A stretch of DNA of 64,000 bases, taken from an uncultured Rickettsiales bacterium (GTDB lineage Bacteria > Pseudomonadota > Alphaproteobacteria > Rickettsiales > UBA1997). The position numbers were made by a program, and so were the translations under genes. Below the pieces are notes generated by a model. The model saw only the letters and a list, made by a program, of their open reading frames with translations. It ran no database searches and had not been told where the DNA came from. The stretch spans positions 100,931 through 164,930 of the forward strand of contig CALXVQ010000001.1 in the NCBI GenBank assembly GCA_944392135.1. The letters run 5' to 3'. This document shows positions 28,451 to 38,151 of this stretch, one piece after another. Positions within the stretch are counted from its first letter, which is position 1. Each line of letters starts with the position of its first letter.

Positions 28451-29482
28451 TTAAAAACTATTCAAATATCTTATAAATTTAGTAATTGGAAAATCGTCAA
28501 ACTGTAATAATGATGATAAATTAATAATTTTTTCTTTTACAAACATCACTAATATTTCTATATTTGATTTATGTAATAAATAATATTTTTTAACTTCGCT
28601 AGATTTATATTGTAAATAATCAAAATTTATATTTTCTATGTCTAAGTAAGTTTCTACATCTCTATTTAAAAATGTTTTAATAAATACCTTTTCTATCAAA
28701 ATTTTTAAAACAACTTCTTCTGTAATTTTATCGTTTGCTATTTTTCTTTCTTTTAATTGTGTTTGTACATTATAATTATCCATTAAATTAAAAAAATCAT
28801 CTTCATCTTTAATTAAAAATAAATTATTTAAAAAAATGTCAAGTTTATTTGTTATTTCTTTTTTATTTAATAATAAATCTTGATAAAAGAAATTATAATT
28901 TGTATATTTAGATTCATCTTCCAATAAATATAAGTCTGTATTTTTAAAAAGTGTTTTTTGCATTAAATATGGTATTTGATACAAAGAACAAAAAATATTA
29001 TCATTATCATTAGGTGATAATACAGATGTATTCATTTTTATGCTTTTGAAGAAATTAGATGTTAGTAATATAGTACTCATCCTATATGTTTCATCTTGAT
29101 TCATTATAACTACTTCTGGAAATAACAAAAAATTACAAGGCAAAAAATTGTCAGCTCTATTTTGAAGTAATGATTTTATTTGTAATGAGTTTTTTTTACA
29201 AATATTTGTATTAAAAATTAAACAATTATTTTTTGTGAATGGTATTGATTTTGATATACTTTCATACTTAGAAAAATCAATATTTAATATAATTATATCT
29301 GCAAGTTTTAATAAGTCTGCCAATGATGAATTTGGTAGATTGGCAATAATGTCTTTTGCTTTATATTGGAAAGTTTTATCTACATCAAAATCAAAGCCAA
29401 GAGCTTGATGTCCGCTTTGTTCAACTCTTTCAAAAATTTTATCTGCTAATTCATCTAAACCAATAACTAAAACATTACTCAT
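28451..29482 (-). CDS. Hypothetical protein, degenerate prephenate/arogenate dehydrogenase (TyrA)-like
   Basis: Collinear by eye with TyrA: VLVIGLDELADK vs vGlGliGgS, ADIIILNI vs ADlViLavP, and LSPNDNDNIFCSLYQIPYL vs mSPeeHDxxxaxxSHLPH. The Gly-rich NAD loop and the His residues are replaced. Confidence 0.35.
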   Translation of the reverse strand: MSNVLVIGLDELADKIFERVEQSGHQALGFDFDVDKTFQYKAKDIIANLPNSSLADLLKLADIIILNIDFSKYESISKSIPFTKNNCLIFNTNICKKNSLQIKSLLQNRADNFLPCNFLLFPEVVIMNQDETYRMSTILLTSNFFKSIKMNTSVLSPNDNDNIFCSLYQIPYLMQKTLFKNTDLYLLEDESKYTNYNFFYQDLLLNKKEITNKLDIFLNNLFLIKDEDDFFNLMDNYNVQTQLKERKIANDKITEEVVLKILIEKVFIKTFLNRDVETYLDIENINFDYLQYKSSEVKKYYLLHKSNIEILVMFVKEKIINLSSLLQFDDFPITKFIRYLNSF

Positions 29483-29550
29483 TAAAAAATGTCTTGATAA
29501 ATATTTTCTTGAATATATATTAAAATTATATTTATAAAAGTAAATAAAAA

Positions 29551-30009
29551 ATGCAAGATAGCGATAAAAGTTTTGTTAAACAGGGTAAAGAATTTGTAAT
29601 TGATACATTTGAAAAAGGTTATGATTTTGTTGATAATACACATTACAAATTACAAAATCTTTACAATATAAATTATAATATTGCACTAGATAGATTAAAA
29701 AATAACAAAATTTTTAAAGCAAATTTTAGATTGTTTTTGATGGAACTTTTGTGGCCTAAAAATTTATATATTAAATATTTGCATGCTATATGTTATATAT
29801 ATATTGGCAAGAATAATAAAGCTATTAAAAAATTAAATAAAATTTTAGATATAGATAAAAATTATCAATTAGCACAGGATTTATTAAAAAAATTTGACAA
29901 TATTGAAGAATTATATGAATTTATTTTAGATTATGTAAATAGTTTACAGACAATTTACATTGAACCTTATACTAATAATAGAGATGAAATAGAGGATAAA
30001 GATGCATAA
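29551..30009 (+). CDS. Hypothetical helical (TPR-like) protein
   Basis: 152-aa ORF that overlaps the mlaA start by 8 nt. YIKYLHAICYIYIGKNNKAIKKLNKILDIDKNYQLAQ is TPR-like. Confidence 0.35.
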   Translation: MQDSDKSFVKQGKEFVIDTFEKGYDFVDNTHYKLQNLYNINYNIALDRLKNNKIFKANFRLFLMELLWPKNLYIKYLHAICYIYIGKNNKAIKKLNKILDIDKNYQLAQDLLKKFDNIEELYEFILDYVNSLQTIYIEPYTNNRDEIEDKDA

Positions 30010-30802
30010 CAAAAATAGTTTATTTAAAATTTTATTTTTATTTATAATTTTATTTTCTAATACCCTTCCAGTTAAAGCTGTTGAAATAGATTATAAGGGT
30101 GATAATGAAGATTATTTTGATGATTATTATTTTGATGATTATGGCATAGATGATACTTCTACTAAAAATAGTCAAATATGGGATCCACTAGAAGGTTTAA
30201 ATAGAAAAACTTATCAATTTAATGAATTTGTATTAAGAAGTATTGCAAAACCTTTATATTATAATGTATATACAAAAATTACTACTGCCGATATGAGAAG
30301 TGGTGTCAGTAATTTTGTTAATAATTTAAAAATGCCAATGAATTTCGCTAATTATGTTTTACAATTAGATTTTAGAAATGCTATGGCATCTTTATATAGC
30401 TTTGTTATTAATACAATATTTGGGGTTGGTGGTATATATGATGTTGCAGGTTATCAAAAAGTTTATGTATCTGATACAAATTTAGGTATTACTCTTGGTA
30501 AATATGGAGTACCTGCTGGCCCATATATAGTATTACCATTTTTAGGGCCTAATGATTTAAGAGGTACTTTGTCATGGGGTGTTGAATTTTTTGTAGACCC
30601 ATTTGATTATAATATTTTTGATATTGGTGGTGACGAAATACTTAGTGATTGGATTTTATATATTCATTCATTCTTATATGTGGTAGACAAAGGAAGTTAT
30701 GCTGTTGTAAATTATTATGATTTAATTGAATCTTCTTTTGATCCATATGTTATGATGAGAGATGCTTATTGGCAATCGCAAAATTTTAAAATTAATAATT
30801 AG
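30002..30802 (+). CDS. mlaA: MlaA/VacJ outer-membrane lipoprotein
   Basis: WDPLEGLNRKTYQFNEF, FGVGGIYDVA and GPYIVLPFLGPNDLR motifs. Confidence 0.85.
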   Translation: MHNKNSLFKILFLFIILFSNTLPVKAVEIDYKGDNEDYFDDYYFDDYGIDDTSTKNSQIWDPLEGLNRKTYQFNEFVLRSIAKPLYYNVYTKITTADMRSGVSNFVNNLKMPMNFANYVLQLDFRNAMASLYSFVINTIFGVGGIYDVAGYQKVYVSDTNLGITLGKYGVPAGPYIVLPFLGPNDLRGTLSWGVEFFVDPFDYNIFDIGGDEILSDWILYIHSFLYVVDKGSYAVVNYYDLIESSFDPYVMMRDAYWQSQNFKINN

Positions 30803-30813
30803 AGAGGTAAAAA

Positions 30814-31422
30814 ATGAAAAAAAATATTTTTAAAATTTTATGTTTTATTGTTTTATTTGCATTAAATGCTAATGCTGAAAATAAAGTAATTACAGAAAGT
30901 GATGTAAAAACTTTTATTACAAATATGTCTGCAAAGTCTAATAATATTTTAAATAATAAACAAACAACAGAACAACAAAAAGAACAAGAATATCAAAAAT
31001 TTGCAGGTGAAATTGTTGATTCTAATTATGTTGCTAGATTTATTTTGGCTACAAATTGGAGAACATTGACACCAGAACAACAAAATGAATTTCAAGTACT
31101 TTATAAGGAGTATTTATTAGAAAATTATATGCCTAAATTAAAAGATTATAACCAAGATTTAAGTGTTAGTAAAGTGGAAAAAATAAGAGATAAAGTTTAT
31201 ATCGCACAAACAACTACAAAAGATAAAGATGGTAGATTGGTAAATGTAGGTTTTAGAGTTATAGAAAAGAATGGACAATTATATATTATTGATATAATAC
31301 CTGAAGGAATTAGTTTTATCAGTAGTCAAAGAACAGATGTAAACAATTCTATATCTATGAATGGTTATGATAAATTTCTTGAAGATTTAAAGAATAAGAT
31401 AAAGAATAAAGATTATAAATAA
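30814..31422 (+). CDS. mlaC: MlaC (Ttg2D/toluene-tolerance) periplasmic lipid-binding protein
   Basis: Signal peptide, then VDSNYVARFILATNWRTLTPEQQNEF...EYLLENY, typical of MlaC. Adjacent to mlaA. Confidence 0.75.
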   Translation: MKKNIFKILCFIVLFALNANAENKVITESDVKTFITNMSAKSNNILNNKQTTEQQKEQEYQKFAGEIVDSNYVARFILATNWRTLTPEQQNEFQVLYKEYLLENYMPKLKDYNQDLSVSKVEKIRDKVYIAQTTTKDKDGRLVNVGFRVIEKNGQLYIIDIIPEGISFISSQRTDVNNSISMNGYDKFLEDLKNKIKNKDYK

Positions 31423-31446
31423 TATAAATAAAATAAAAATATTTTG

Positions 31447-31477
31447 CACCAGTGTATGCTGGTGTTTTTTGTTTTTT
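31447..31477 (+). terminator. Rho-independent terminator after mlaC
   Basis: Stem caccag (31447-31452) pairs with ctggtg (31459-31464) and is followed by ttttttgtttttt. Confidence 0.6.
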
Positions 31478-31658
31478 AACTATTTATAATATGTGGTTAG
31501 TTATTGTGTATAAAAGTTTTTTCTTATAAGATACATGTAAAACATTATTATAGCTATAAATGTCTTTATAAAATCATCTATTTTATTAGTAAGTTAAAAT
31601 AAAAAATAAATAGATATAAACAAAAAGCATTCTTATTAGGATACAATTTATCTATTCT

Positions 31659-32858
31659 TTAAAAGAATAAATCTTCTGTTTGTTCATTTAATCCAGTATC
31701 ATTTTGTATATTGTCTTGATTTTCTTGATTACTTGTATCTATAATTGGCATACCTTCTATTATTTGATTTTTATTAGGCAAATATGTTTGGTTTGGGCTT
31801 AATCTTACAAATAATTCTACATAATCATTATATATTTTATATTGATTTTCTTTGATTGTATTGTTTACACTTATTGATTGCCATTGTAAGTTTGTAATCT
31901 TCCAACCTAAAAGAACATACAAAGGGGAAATTTCAATGACATTAATATCATTATTATTGTTTGTTAAATTTGTGATTTTATTATTATTAACCCAAATAGA
32001 CCAAGCATCTTTTGATATATACATAATTGAATTTAAATATATAAAAAATGTTGTTGAATTATTATTTGCATTATCGTTAGCTATGCTACTTGTAGTATTA
32101 GTATTAAGATTAGCACCTATATACTGATCTGGAATACCAAGAGTTGAGGCTGGTAGTGCTTTGAATATATCTCTAATATTTTCTTCTGAGAACATTAAGG
32201 ATGTAAAAATTCTATTATTTTTCTTCTTTTTAGGTGTTTCATATGCATCTGTGGTATTTTGTGTTAGTGAATTATTAACTTTTTTGGAAGTAATATTCGA
32301 TTTAGGCTGGCTTGAAACTGTGTTTTGAATATTTTTATTGCCAGAATTATTTTGTGATGAAGTTTTATCTAAATCTGCTAATTTTTTAACATTGTTATCT
32401 GTTTTATTATTAGATGATGTTGTATTATTTTGTTCTAATGATTTTTCGTTGTTAGATAATGTAGAAGTATCTGTTTTTTGTTTTTTTGTATCATCAGTTT
32501 TTGAAGGATTTGTATTTTTATTTTCCGGTGTGTTTGTATTCTCAACTTCTGGAATGTTTGCATTCTCAACTTCTACTATATCTACATTTTCAACTTCTGG
32601 AAGGCTTGTATTTTCAACTTCTGATATATCTACACTTTCAACCTCTGGAAGATTTACACTTTCAAGTTCTGGAAGATTTTCAATATCGTTTGTAGGAAGT
32701 TCGTTGATATCATTAATTTCTTCTTCGTTTTTATTTAATTCTGGATCACTCATATCTATAACAGCACCCAAATCTGGAATATTTTGTGCATCACAAACAT
32801 TTGTTTGTATTACAAAATAAAATAAACAACTAAAAAATAAAGACAATTTTATTTTCAT
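31659..32858 (-). CDS. Secreted acidic-repeat protein with PilP/GspC-like C-terminal domain (tentative)
   Basis: A signal peptide is followed by degenerate (L/I)PEVE(N/S)(V/T) repeats and a long Asn/Ser/Thr-rich linker. The C-terminus FFIYLNSIMYISKDAWSIWVNNNKIT...INVIEISPLYVLLGW resembles the PilP/GspC-HR beta-domain pattern. Confidence 0.4.
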   Translation of the reverse strand: MKIKLSLFFSCLFYFVIQTNVCDAQNIPDLGAVIDMSDPELNKNEEEINDINELPTNDIENLPELESVNLPEVESVDISEVENTSLPEVENVDIVEVENANIPEVENTNTPENKNTNPSKTDDTKKQKTDTSTLSNNEKSLEQNNTTSSNNKTDNNVKKLADLDKTSSQNNSGNKNIQNTVSSQPKSNITSKKVNNSLTQNTTDAYETPKKKKNNRIFTSLMFSEENIRDIFKALPASTLGIPDQYIGANLNTNTTSSIANDNANNNSTTFFIYLNSIMYISKDAWSIWVNNNKITNLTNNNNDINVIEISPLYVLLGWKITNLQWQSISVNNTIKENQYKIYNDYVELFVRLSPNQTYLPNKNQIIEGMPIIDTSNQENQDNIQNDTGLNEQTEDLFF

Positions 32859-32860
32859 AA

Positions 32861-33517
32861 TTATACTCTCCCTTTACCTAAACCATATATTCTAACTTTT
32901 ATGTCGCCTTCAACATTTGTTACAGTATCACCTATACTTAATGCTTCTAACATTTCTGGATTAACTTTTCCAACTCTTTTTAAATTAATATCTTGAATTG
33001 TAATAAAATAACCAAGCTCATCTTTTAAATTATCTAAAAACATAAAAACATTAATATCGGTAATTGATGTAAATCTAATACTAACTAATGTTGTATAAAC
33101 TTGAACATTTTGTTTTGATAAATCCTTGCCAGCCAATACCACTGGAGAAAAATTGATTACTAAATTTTCTAACTTTGTTTCTCTTGCTAATTTTTCTATA
33201 ATTGTTTGTATTTCCTCTATATTTACACCCTTGAATTCTTTTTGTTTAGGTAAAAAATCTGTATTCCATATTTTCATGTAATCTTCTGCTATTTTAGATT
33301 TTTTTTCAACATTTTCTATTTCCGAAACCACAGAAGCATTTTCTATTCTTAAATCATCAATTCTAGTTAAAGTGTTTGATTTACTTTTAAAAATTACTTG
33401 TAAATTAACAACAAATACAACAAAAAGAACAAAACATATTATAGATACAACAACAACCTTAGTAAATAATTTACTAATCTTTTTTTCTTGTAAAACACTA
33501 TTTGATCCTTTACTCAT
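32861..33517 (-). CDS. Bitopic PilN/PilO/GspM-like assembly protein (tentative)
   Basis: Short cytoplasmic N-terminus, one TM (VVVVSIICFVLFVVFVVNL), a coiled-coil, then an ~110-aa alpha/beta domain. The start overlaps the upstream gene by 8 nt. Confidence 0.4.
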   Translation of the reverse strand: MSKGSNSVLQEKKISKLFTKVVVVSIICFVLFVVFVVNLQVIFKSKSNTLTRIDDLRIENASVVSEIENVEKKSKIAEDYMKIWNTDFLPKQKEFKGVNIEEIQTIIEKLARETKLENLVINFSPVVLAGKDLSKQNVQVYTTLVSIRFTSITDINVFMFLDNLKDELGYFITIQDINLKRVGKVNPEMLEALSIGDTVTNVEGDIKVRIYGLGKGRV

Positions 33518-35126
33518 ATATTACTCCATCTTCTAAATTATAATTACTATTATTATAATTATTTCTATTTTTATTATTAAGCATGTTGTCTATATATTTA
33601 TTTTGATTGTTATTTTTTAATGTTTGACCTCGTTCCACTATTTCAACTTTTATAGGATATGTTAAATATTTTTGACTAAAATTAATATTATTTGGTAAGG
33701 ATGTAATACCAGTCATTTGATCTTTAAAAGTATCTTTTAATTTTAAATTTACCATATCATATTTGTTAAATAATTTGCTAGCTGTACCTTCTGGATTAAT
33801 AATGCTAATATCATATAATGATTTTGCAGATTTGATGCCATTAGTATCTTGGTAATCAAAATCTTCTATATACCATCTTAAATTAAAAGTTAAAGCATTA
33901 CCATTTTGTGCTTTTGCAAATTTTTGAAAAGTATCTACTGGATTTATATATTTTGCATCTAATATATCTTTTAATAAACCAGCTTCAATAATTTGATTAA
34001 TTTCTTCAGAATTTACATCTATATTATTTTTTGTTTTTGTTTTGAGTATTTTGTTGTTTTTTTCTAATTCGCTCATTAATTCTTGTAGTGTGTTATTTGT
34101 GCTACTTGAGGTTATAATATTAAAAGCAAAAGAACCTACTATTGCTAAAATTAATACAAATATTAAACTCTTTACAGCCAATAAAGTTTTTGTGAGTGTA
34201 TTTGTTATATTAATTTTTTGATTACCAAATTTAATATTATGTTTATTTTGTAATGCAAACATTGATATTAATAAATCGGAATATTTTTCGTCTTTATTTA
34301 TATATCCAGCACCAACTTTTATTATTCTTGAAAGTTCTGATGGTGTATAATTCAAGAATAATGTTTTTTCCATTTTTAACTCTCTTAATGTTGTTTTGCT
34401 TTGTTGATCTAATACTGTGATAATTACTAATTTATCAAGATTAAAATCGGTATCAAATCTCTTAATATATTCACTTGTTCTTATAATATCTGTTTTTGTA
34501 AATTCAATTAAGTCTTCTTTTGTGGAATCAAAAGATATTAATCTAGTAAAAGCAATATGTCCATTGAATACAGCGACTTGTCTTAAATCACTTGCTCTAT
34601 TATTAAATAAAATTAATATCCAGCTATTTTTTTTGTTTAGTGTGTCTTTCATTCCATTAGTAATCATAACTTTTTTTGCAATTTCTTCTGCCTCTAATGG
34701 AACCATATAAATACCAATTAAATTATTTGGTACTATATTAAAAAAATTTAACCATTCTTTTAATGGAGAATCTGTGCTTGCAGACACAAATAAATAAACA
34801 CTTCTCTTATCTAATTTATTTTTATATAATAATTTTTTTTGTTTTAAATCATTTTTTGGTATTTCTGTAATAAATTTTCTATTAACCATATCTTGTAAGT
34901 CAAAATAACTTAAAGCAGGAAAAATTTTATAATTATAGTTTTGAGCTACTGTGTCGAGTAATATTATAGCATCAAGACCTTTATGTCTTTTAAAAAATTC
35001 AAGAACTTGTGGTAGTGTTTCTTGACTAAAAGTTTCTAAAAAAAATGTATCGAAAATTTTATTGCTACCTAATACAGATAAAATAGCTCCTTTATTTCCA
35101 ATATTTATAGTAATAACTTTTTTCAT
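33510..35126 (-). CDS. PilM-PilN fusion / GspL-like assembly-platform protein (tentative)
   Basis: The N-terminal ~300 aa has actin-like repeats (ITINIGNKGAILSVL; WILILFNNRASDLRQVAVFNGHIAFTRLI). One TM follows (LLAVKSLIFVLILAIVGSFAFNII), then a coiled-coil and a periplasmic domain. Confidence 0.45.
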   Translation of the reverse strand: MKKVITINIGNKGAILSVLGSNKIFDTFFLETFSQETLPQVLEFFKRHKGLDAIILLDTVAQNYNYKIFPALSYFDLQDMVNRKFITEIPKNDLKQKKLLYKNKLDKRSVYLFVSASTDSPLKEWLNFFNIVPNNLIGIYMVPLEAEEIAKKVMITNGMKDTLNKKNSWILILFNNRASDLRQVAVFNGHIAFTRLISFDSTKEDLIEFTKTDIIRTSEYIKRFDTDFNLDKLVIITVLDQQSKTTLRELKMEKTLFLNYTPSELSRIIKVGAGYINKDEKYSDLLISMFALQNKHNIKFGNQKINITNTLTKTLLAVKSLIFVLILAIVGSFAFNIITSSSTNNTLQELMSELEKNNKILKTKTKNNIDVNSEEINQIIEAGLLKDILDAKYINPVDTFQKFAKAQNGNALTFNLRWYIEDFDYQDTNGIKSAKSLYDISIINPEGTASKLFNKYDMVNLKLKDTFKDQMTGITSLPNNINFSQKYLTYPIKVEIVERGQTLKNNNQNKYIDNMLNNKNRNNYNNSNYNLEDGVIYE

Positions 35127-35356
35127 AATAGAAAACTTAACAAATTAAATTAATAATTGAAAATTTTTAAAAAATTATTAAAAATATTCTCACATATAAA
35201 TATATACTAAAACATATATTATAAAAAATCTACTATTATTTAAACTAAAAATAAAATTCATAATATATTTATTTTTCTTACTCTAATTAATATTTTTATT
35301 GAAAATTATTTTTTATATTCTTACTATTTTTTTATTAGTAATTTTATTTGTTTATA

Positions 35357-37084
35357 ATGAAGAGTTTTTATGTTACAACACCAATATATTATGTAAATTC
35401 TGATCCACATGTTGGAAGTGCTTATACAACATTACATGCTGATTTATTATCTAGATTTTATAAATTAAATAATTATAATTCTAAATTTTTAACTGGTACT
35501 GACGAACATGGACAAAAAATTCAACAATCTGCTGAAAAAAATAATAAAAAACCACAAGATTTTGTTGATGAAATTTCTATAAAATTTAGAAAATTAGTAA
35601 AAACCATGAATTGTAAACCAGATTATTTTGAAACATTAAATGATGATTTTATTAGAACAACAATGCCTTGTCATGAGCTATTTGTACAAGAAGTATGGAA
35701 AAAAATGGTTGAAAATGGTTGGATATACAGAGGAAAATATAGTGGTTGGTATTGTGTTAGTGATGAAGCTTATTATGGTGAAGATGAATTAATAAAAGGT
35801 GAAGATGGTAAAATGAGAACTGAACTCGGCAAAGAAGCTGAATGGAAAGAAGAAGACAGTTATTTTTTTAGATTAAGTGATTTTCAAAATATATTATTAA
35901 AATTATATAAAAAATATCCTAATTTTGTAGAACCGGTTGGAAAAAAGACAGAAGTTATTTCATTTGTTAGTGGTTTAAGTATGAAAGAATATGAAAATGG
36001 TATTGAACCTAAAAGGGATTATCTAAAAGATCTTTCCGTTTCTAGAAATACTTTTGAGTGGGGCATTAAAATTCCTTGTGATGAGAATGGAAAAGAATTA
36101 TTAGACAAAGATGGAAATTGGAAAACTGATTTGCCACAAGGTGAAAAACATGTAATTTATGTATGGTTTGATGCTTTATTTAATTATATTTCTGCATTAG
36201 GTTGTTCTGCAAATAAAGATTATGATATATATTGGTTAAATTGTAATAATAAAGTTCATTTGGTTGGAAAGGATATTTTAAGACCGCATGCTGTTTATTG
36301 GCCTGCATTTTTAATTGCATTCAATTATAAAAGAGATGAGCTTTTAAAAATGAACGATTTACCTGAAAATATTGACAAATTTTTACCAACTACAATATTT
36401 GCACATGGTTGGTTAACTAATGAAGGTTTAAAAATTTCAAAATCATTAGGAAATGCAATTATTCCTGCTAATGAAATTGAATGGTTAAAAAATACATACA
36501 ATATTAGTGAAGAAATTGCAACTGACTATTTAAGATATTATTTAATTACTTTTACATCATTTGGCAGTGATGGTGATTATTCAAAAAATAGATTAGTTGA
36601 AAAAATTAATGCAGAATTAGCAAATAAAGTTGGAAATTTAGCAAAAAGATCTCTTGATATGATATACAAAAATTGCAATGCAGAAATTCCACAAATTAAA
36701 GATTTTGATACTATTTATTCTAATTCTATTTTTGAAGAGTGTGAAAAATATATTCAAGAATTTAAGTTCGATACTTATGTTTCTTTAATTATGAAGTTTG
36801 CTGATGATGTTAATAAATATATGGATGAAAAGGCACCATGGGTATTAAAGAAAGAAGAAAAAATTGAAGAAATGGAAAAAGCTTTATATTCAATAGTAAA
36901 TTCTGTAAAAAATATTGCTATTTTATTGCAACCTGTTTGTCCTTATATTGCTAATAAAATATTAAAAGAATTAGGTTTAGAATTTGAAGAAAATTTATCT
37001 TTTGATGAATTAAATAAAAATATTGAAAGTGGTTTAAAAATAGAAAAACCAAGTATTATTATTCCAAGGTTGCAAGTAAAATGA
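35357..37084 (+). CDS. metG: Methionyl-tRNA synthetase
   Basis: YVTTPIYYVNSDPHVGSAY (HIGH-type) and KISKSLGN (KMSKS). The ATG at 35357 is preferred to the TTG at 35348 in the track. Confidence 0.95.
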   Translation: MKSFYVTTPIYYVNSDPHVGSAYTTLHADLLSRFYKLNNYNSKFLTGTDEHGQKIQQSAEKNNKKPQDFVDEISIKFRKLVKTMNCKPDYFETLNDDFIRTTMPCHELFVQEVWKKMVENGWIYRGKYSGWYCVSDEAYYGEDELIKGEDGKMRTELGKEAEWKEEDSYFFRLSDFQNILLKLYKKYPNFVEPVGKKTEVISFVSGLSMKEYENGIEPKRDYLKDLSVSRNTFEWGIKIPCDENGKELLDKDGNWKTDLPQGEKHVIYVWFDALFNYISALGCSANKDYDIYWLNCNNKVHLVGKDILRPHAVYWPAFLIAFNYKRDELLKMNDLPENIDKFLPTTIFAHGWLTNEGLKISKSLGNAIIPANEIEWLKNTYNISEEIATDYLRYYLITFTSFGSDGDYSKNRLVEKINAELANKVGNLAKRSLDMIYKNCNAEIPQIKDFDTIYSNSIFEECEKYIQEFKFDTYVSLIMKFADDVNKYMDEKAPWVLKKEEKIEEMEKALYSIVNSVKNIAILLQPVCPYIANKILKELGLEFEENLSFDELNKNIESGLKIEKPSIIIPRLQVK

Positions 37085-38151
37085 AAGTATTAGGTATAGA
37101 GAGTAGTTGTGATGAAACAGCAATAGCAATAGTTGATGATAATAAAAATATATTATCAAATGTTGTTGTTTCTCAAATAGATATACATAAAGAGTTTGGG
37201 GGTGTGGTTCCAGAAGTAGCTTCTAGAAATCATTTAGATATTATTGATAAAGCTGTTATAAAAGCATTAGCAGATGCTGAATTGAGTTTTCAAGACTTAG
37301 ATGCTATTTCTGCAACTTGTGGCCCAGGTTTAATGGGTGGCTTAATAGTTGGAGCAATTACAGCACAAACAATAGCAAATATTTATCAAAAACCTTTTGT
37401 TCCTGTAAATCATTTAGAAGGGCATATTTTGACGAATAGACTTACTCATAACCTTGAATTTCCATTTTTAATATTTTTAATTTCTGGGGGGCACTCACAA
37501 ATATTACTTGCAAAAAATGTTGGAGAGTATGAAAAAATTGGTGATACAATAGATGATAGTTTAGGAGAATGCTTTGATAAGGTAGCTCAAATGTTAGGTT
37601 TAGAATATCCAGGCGGGCCTAAAATAGAACAATTAGCAAAAGAAGGTGATGAAAATAAATTTAAGTTTGTAAAGCCTTTAATTGATGCGGTAGGGAAGGG
37701 CAGAAGTAAAGAAAATAATTTTAATTTTTCGTTTTCTGGTTTAAAAACAGCAGTTAGAAGAAAAATTGAAGAATTGACTGGCGAAACTTATGATTATGAT
37801 AATACATATAAAAAATTAAGTGAACAAGATAAAAAAGACATTTCAGCAAGTTTTCAAAAGACAATAGTGGATATTTTAAAAGACAGATTTAAAAATACTG
37901 CTAATTATTTAAAAGAAAATAATATTATATTAGATAAATTAATTTTTGCTGGCGGTGTTTCTGCCAATCAATACATAAAAAATAATATGGTAGAATTTTG
38001 TAAGAAATACAATTATGAAATTATAACTCCACCATTAAAATTATGTACTGATAATGGGGCAATGATAGCATGGGCAGGACTTGAAAAATTTAGATTAAAT
38101 AAATATGATAAAAGTGATATTTTAAATATTAAATCTAGATGGGAATTATAA
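37081..38151 (+). CDS. tsaD: tRNA N6-adenosine threonylcarbamoyltransferase
   Basis: LGIESSCDETA, VNHLEGH and SGGHSQ motifs. Confidence 0.95.
   Translation: MKVLGIESSCDETAIAIVDDNKNILSNVVVSQIDIHKEFGGVVPEVASRNHLDIIDKAVIKALADAELSFQDLDAISATCGPGLMGGLIVGAITAQTIANIYQKPFVPVNHLEGHILTNRLTHNLEFPFLIFLISGGHSQILLAKNVGEYEKIGDTIDDSLGECFDKVAQMLGLEYPGGPKIEQLAKEGDENKFKFVKPLIDAVGKGRSKENNFNFSFSGLKTAVRRKIEELTGETYDYDNTYKKLSEQDKKDISASFQKTIVDILKDRFKNTANYLKENNIILDKLIFAGGVSANQYIKNNMVEFCKKYNYEIITPPLKLCTDNGAMIAWAGLEKFRLNKYDKSDILNIKSRWEL

Noticed and set aside
32338-32820. 160-aa and 69-aa plus-strand ORFs (32338-32820, 32486-32695), and 31852-32127
   Set aside because: They are antisense to the acidic-repeat protein gene. 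The periodic, stop-poor repeat sequence keeps several frames open. The sense ORF has a signal peptide and operon context.
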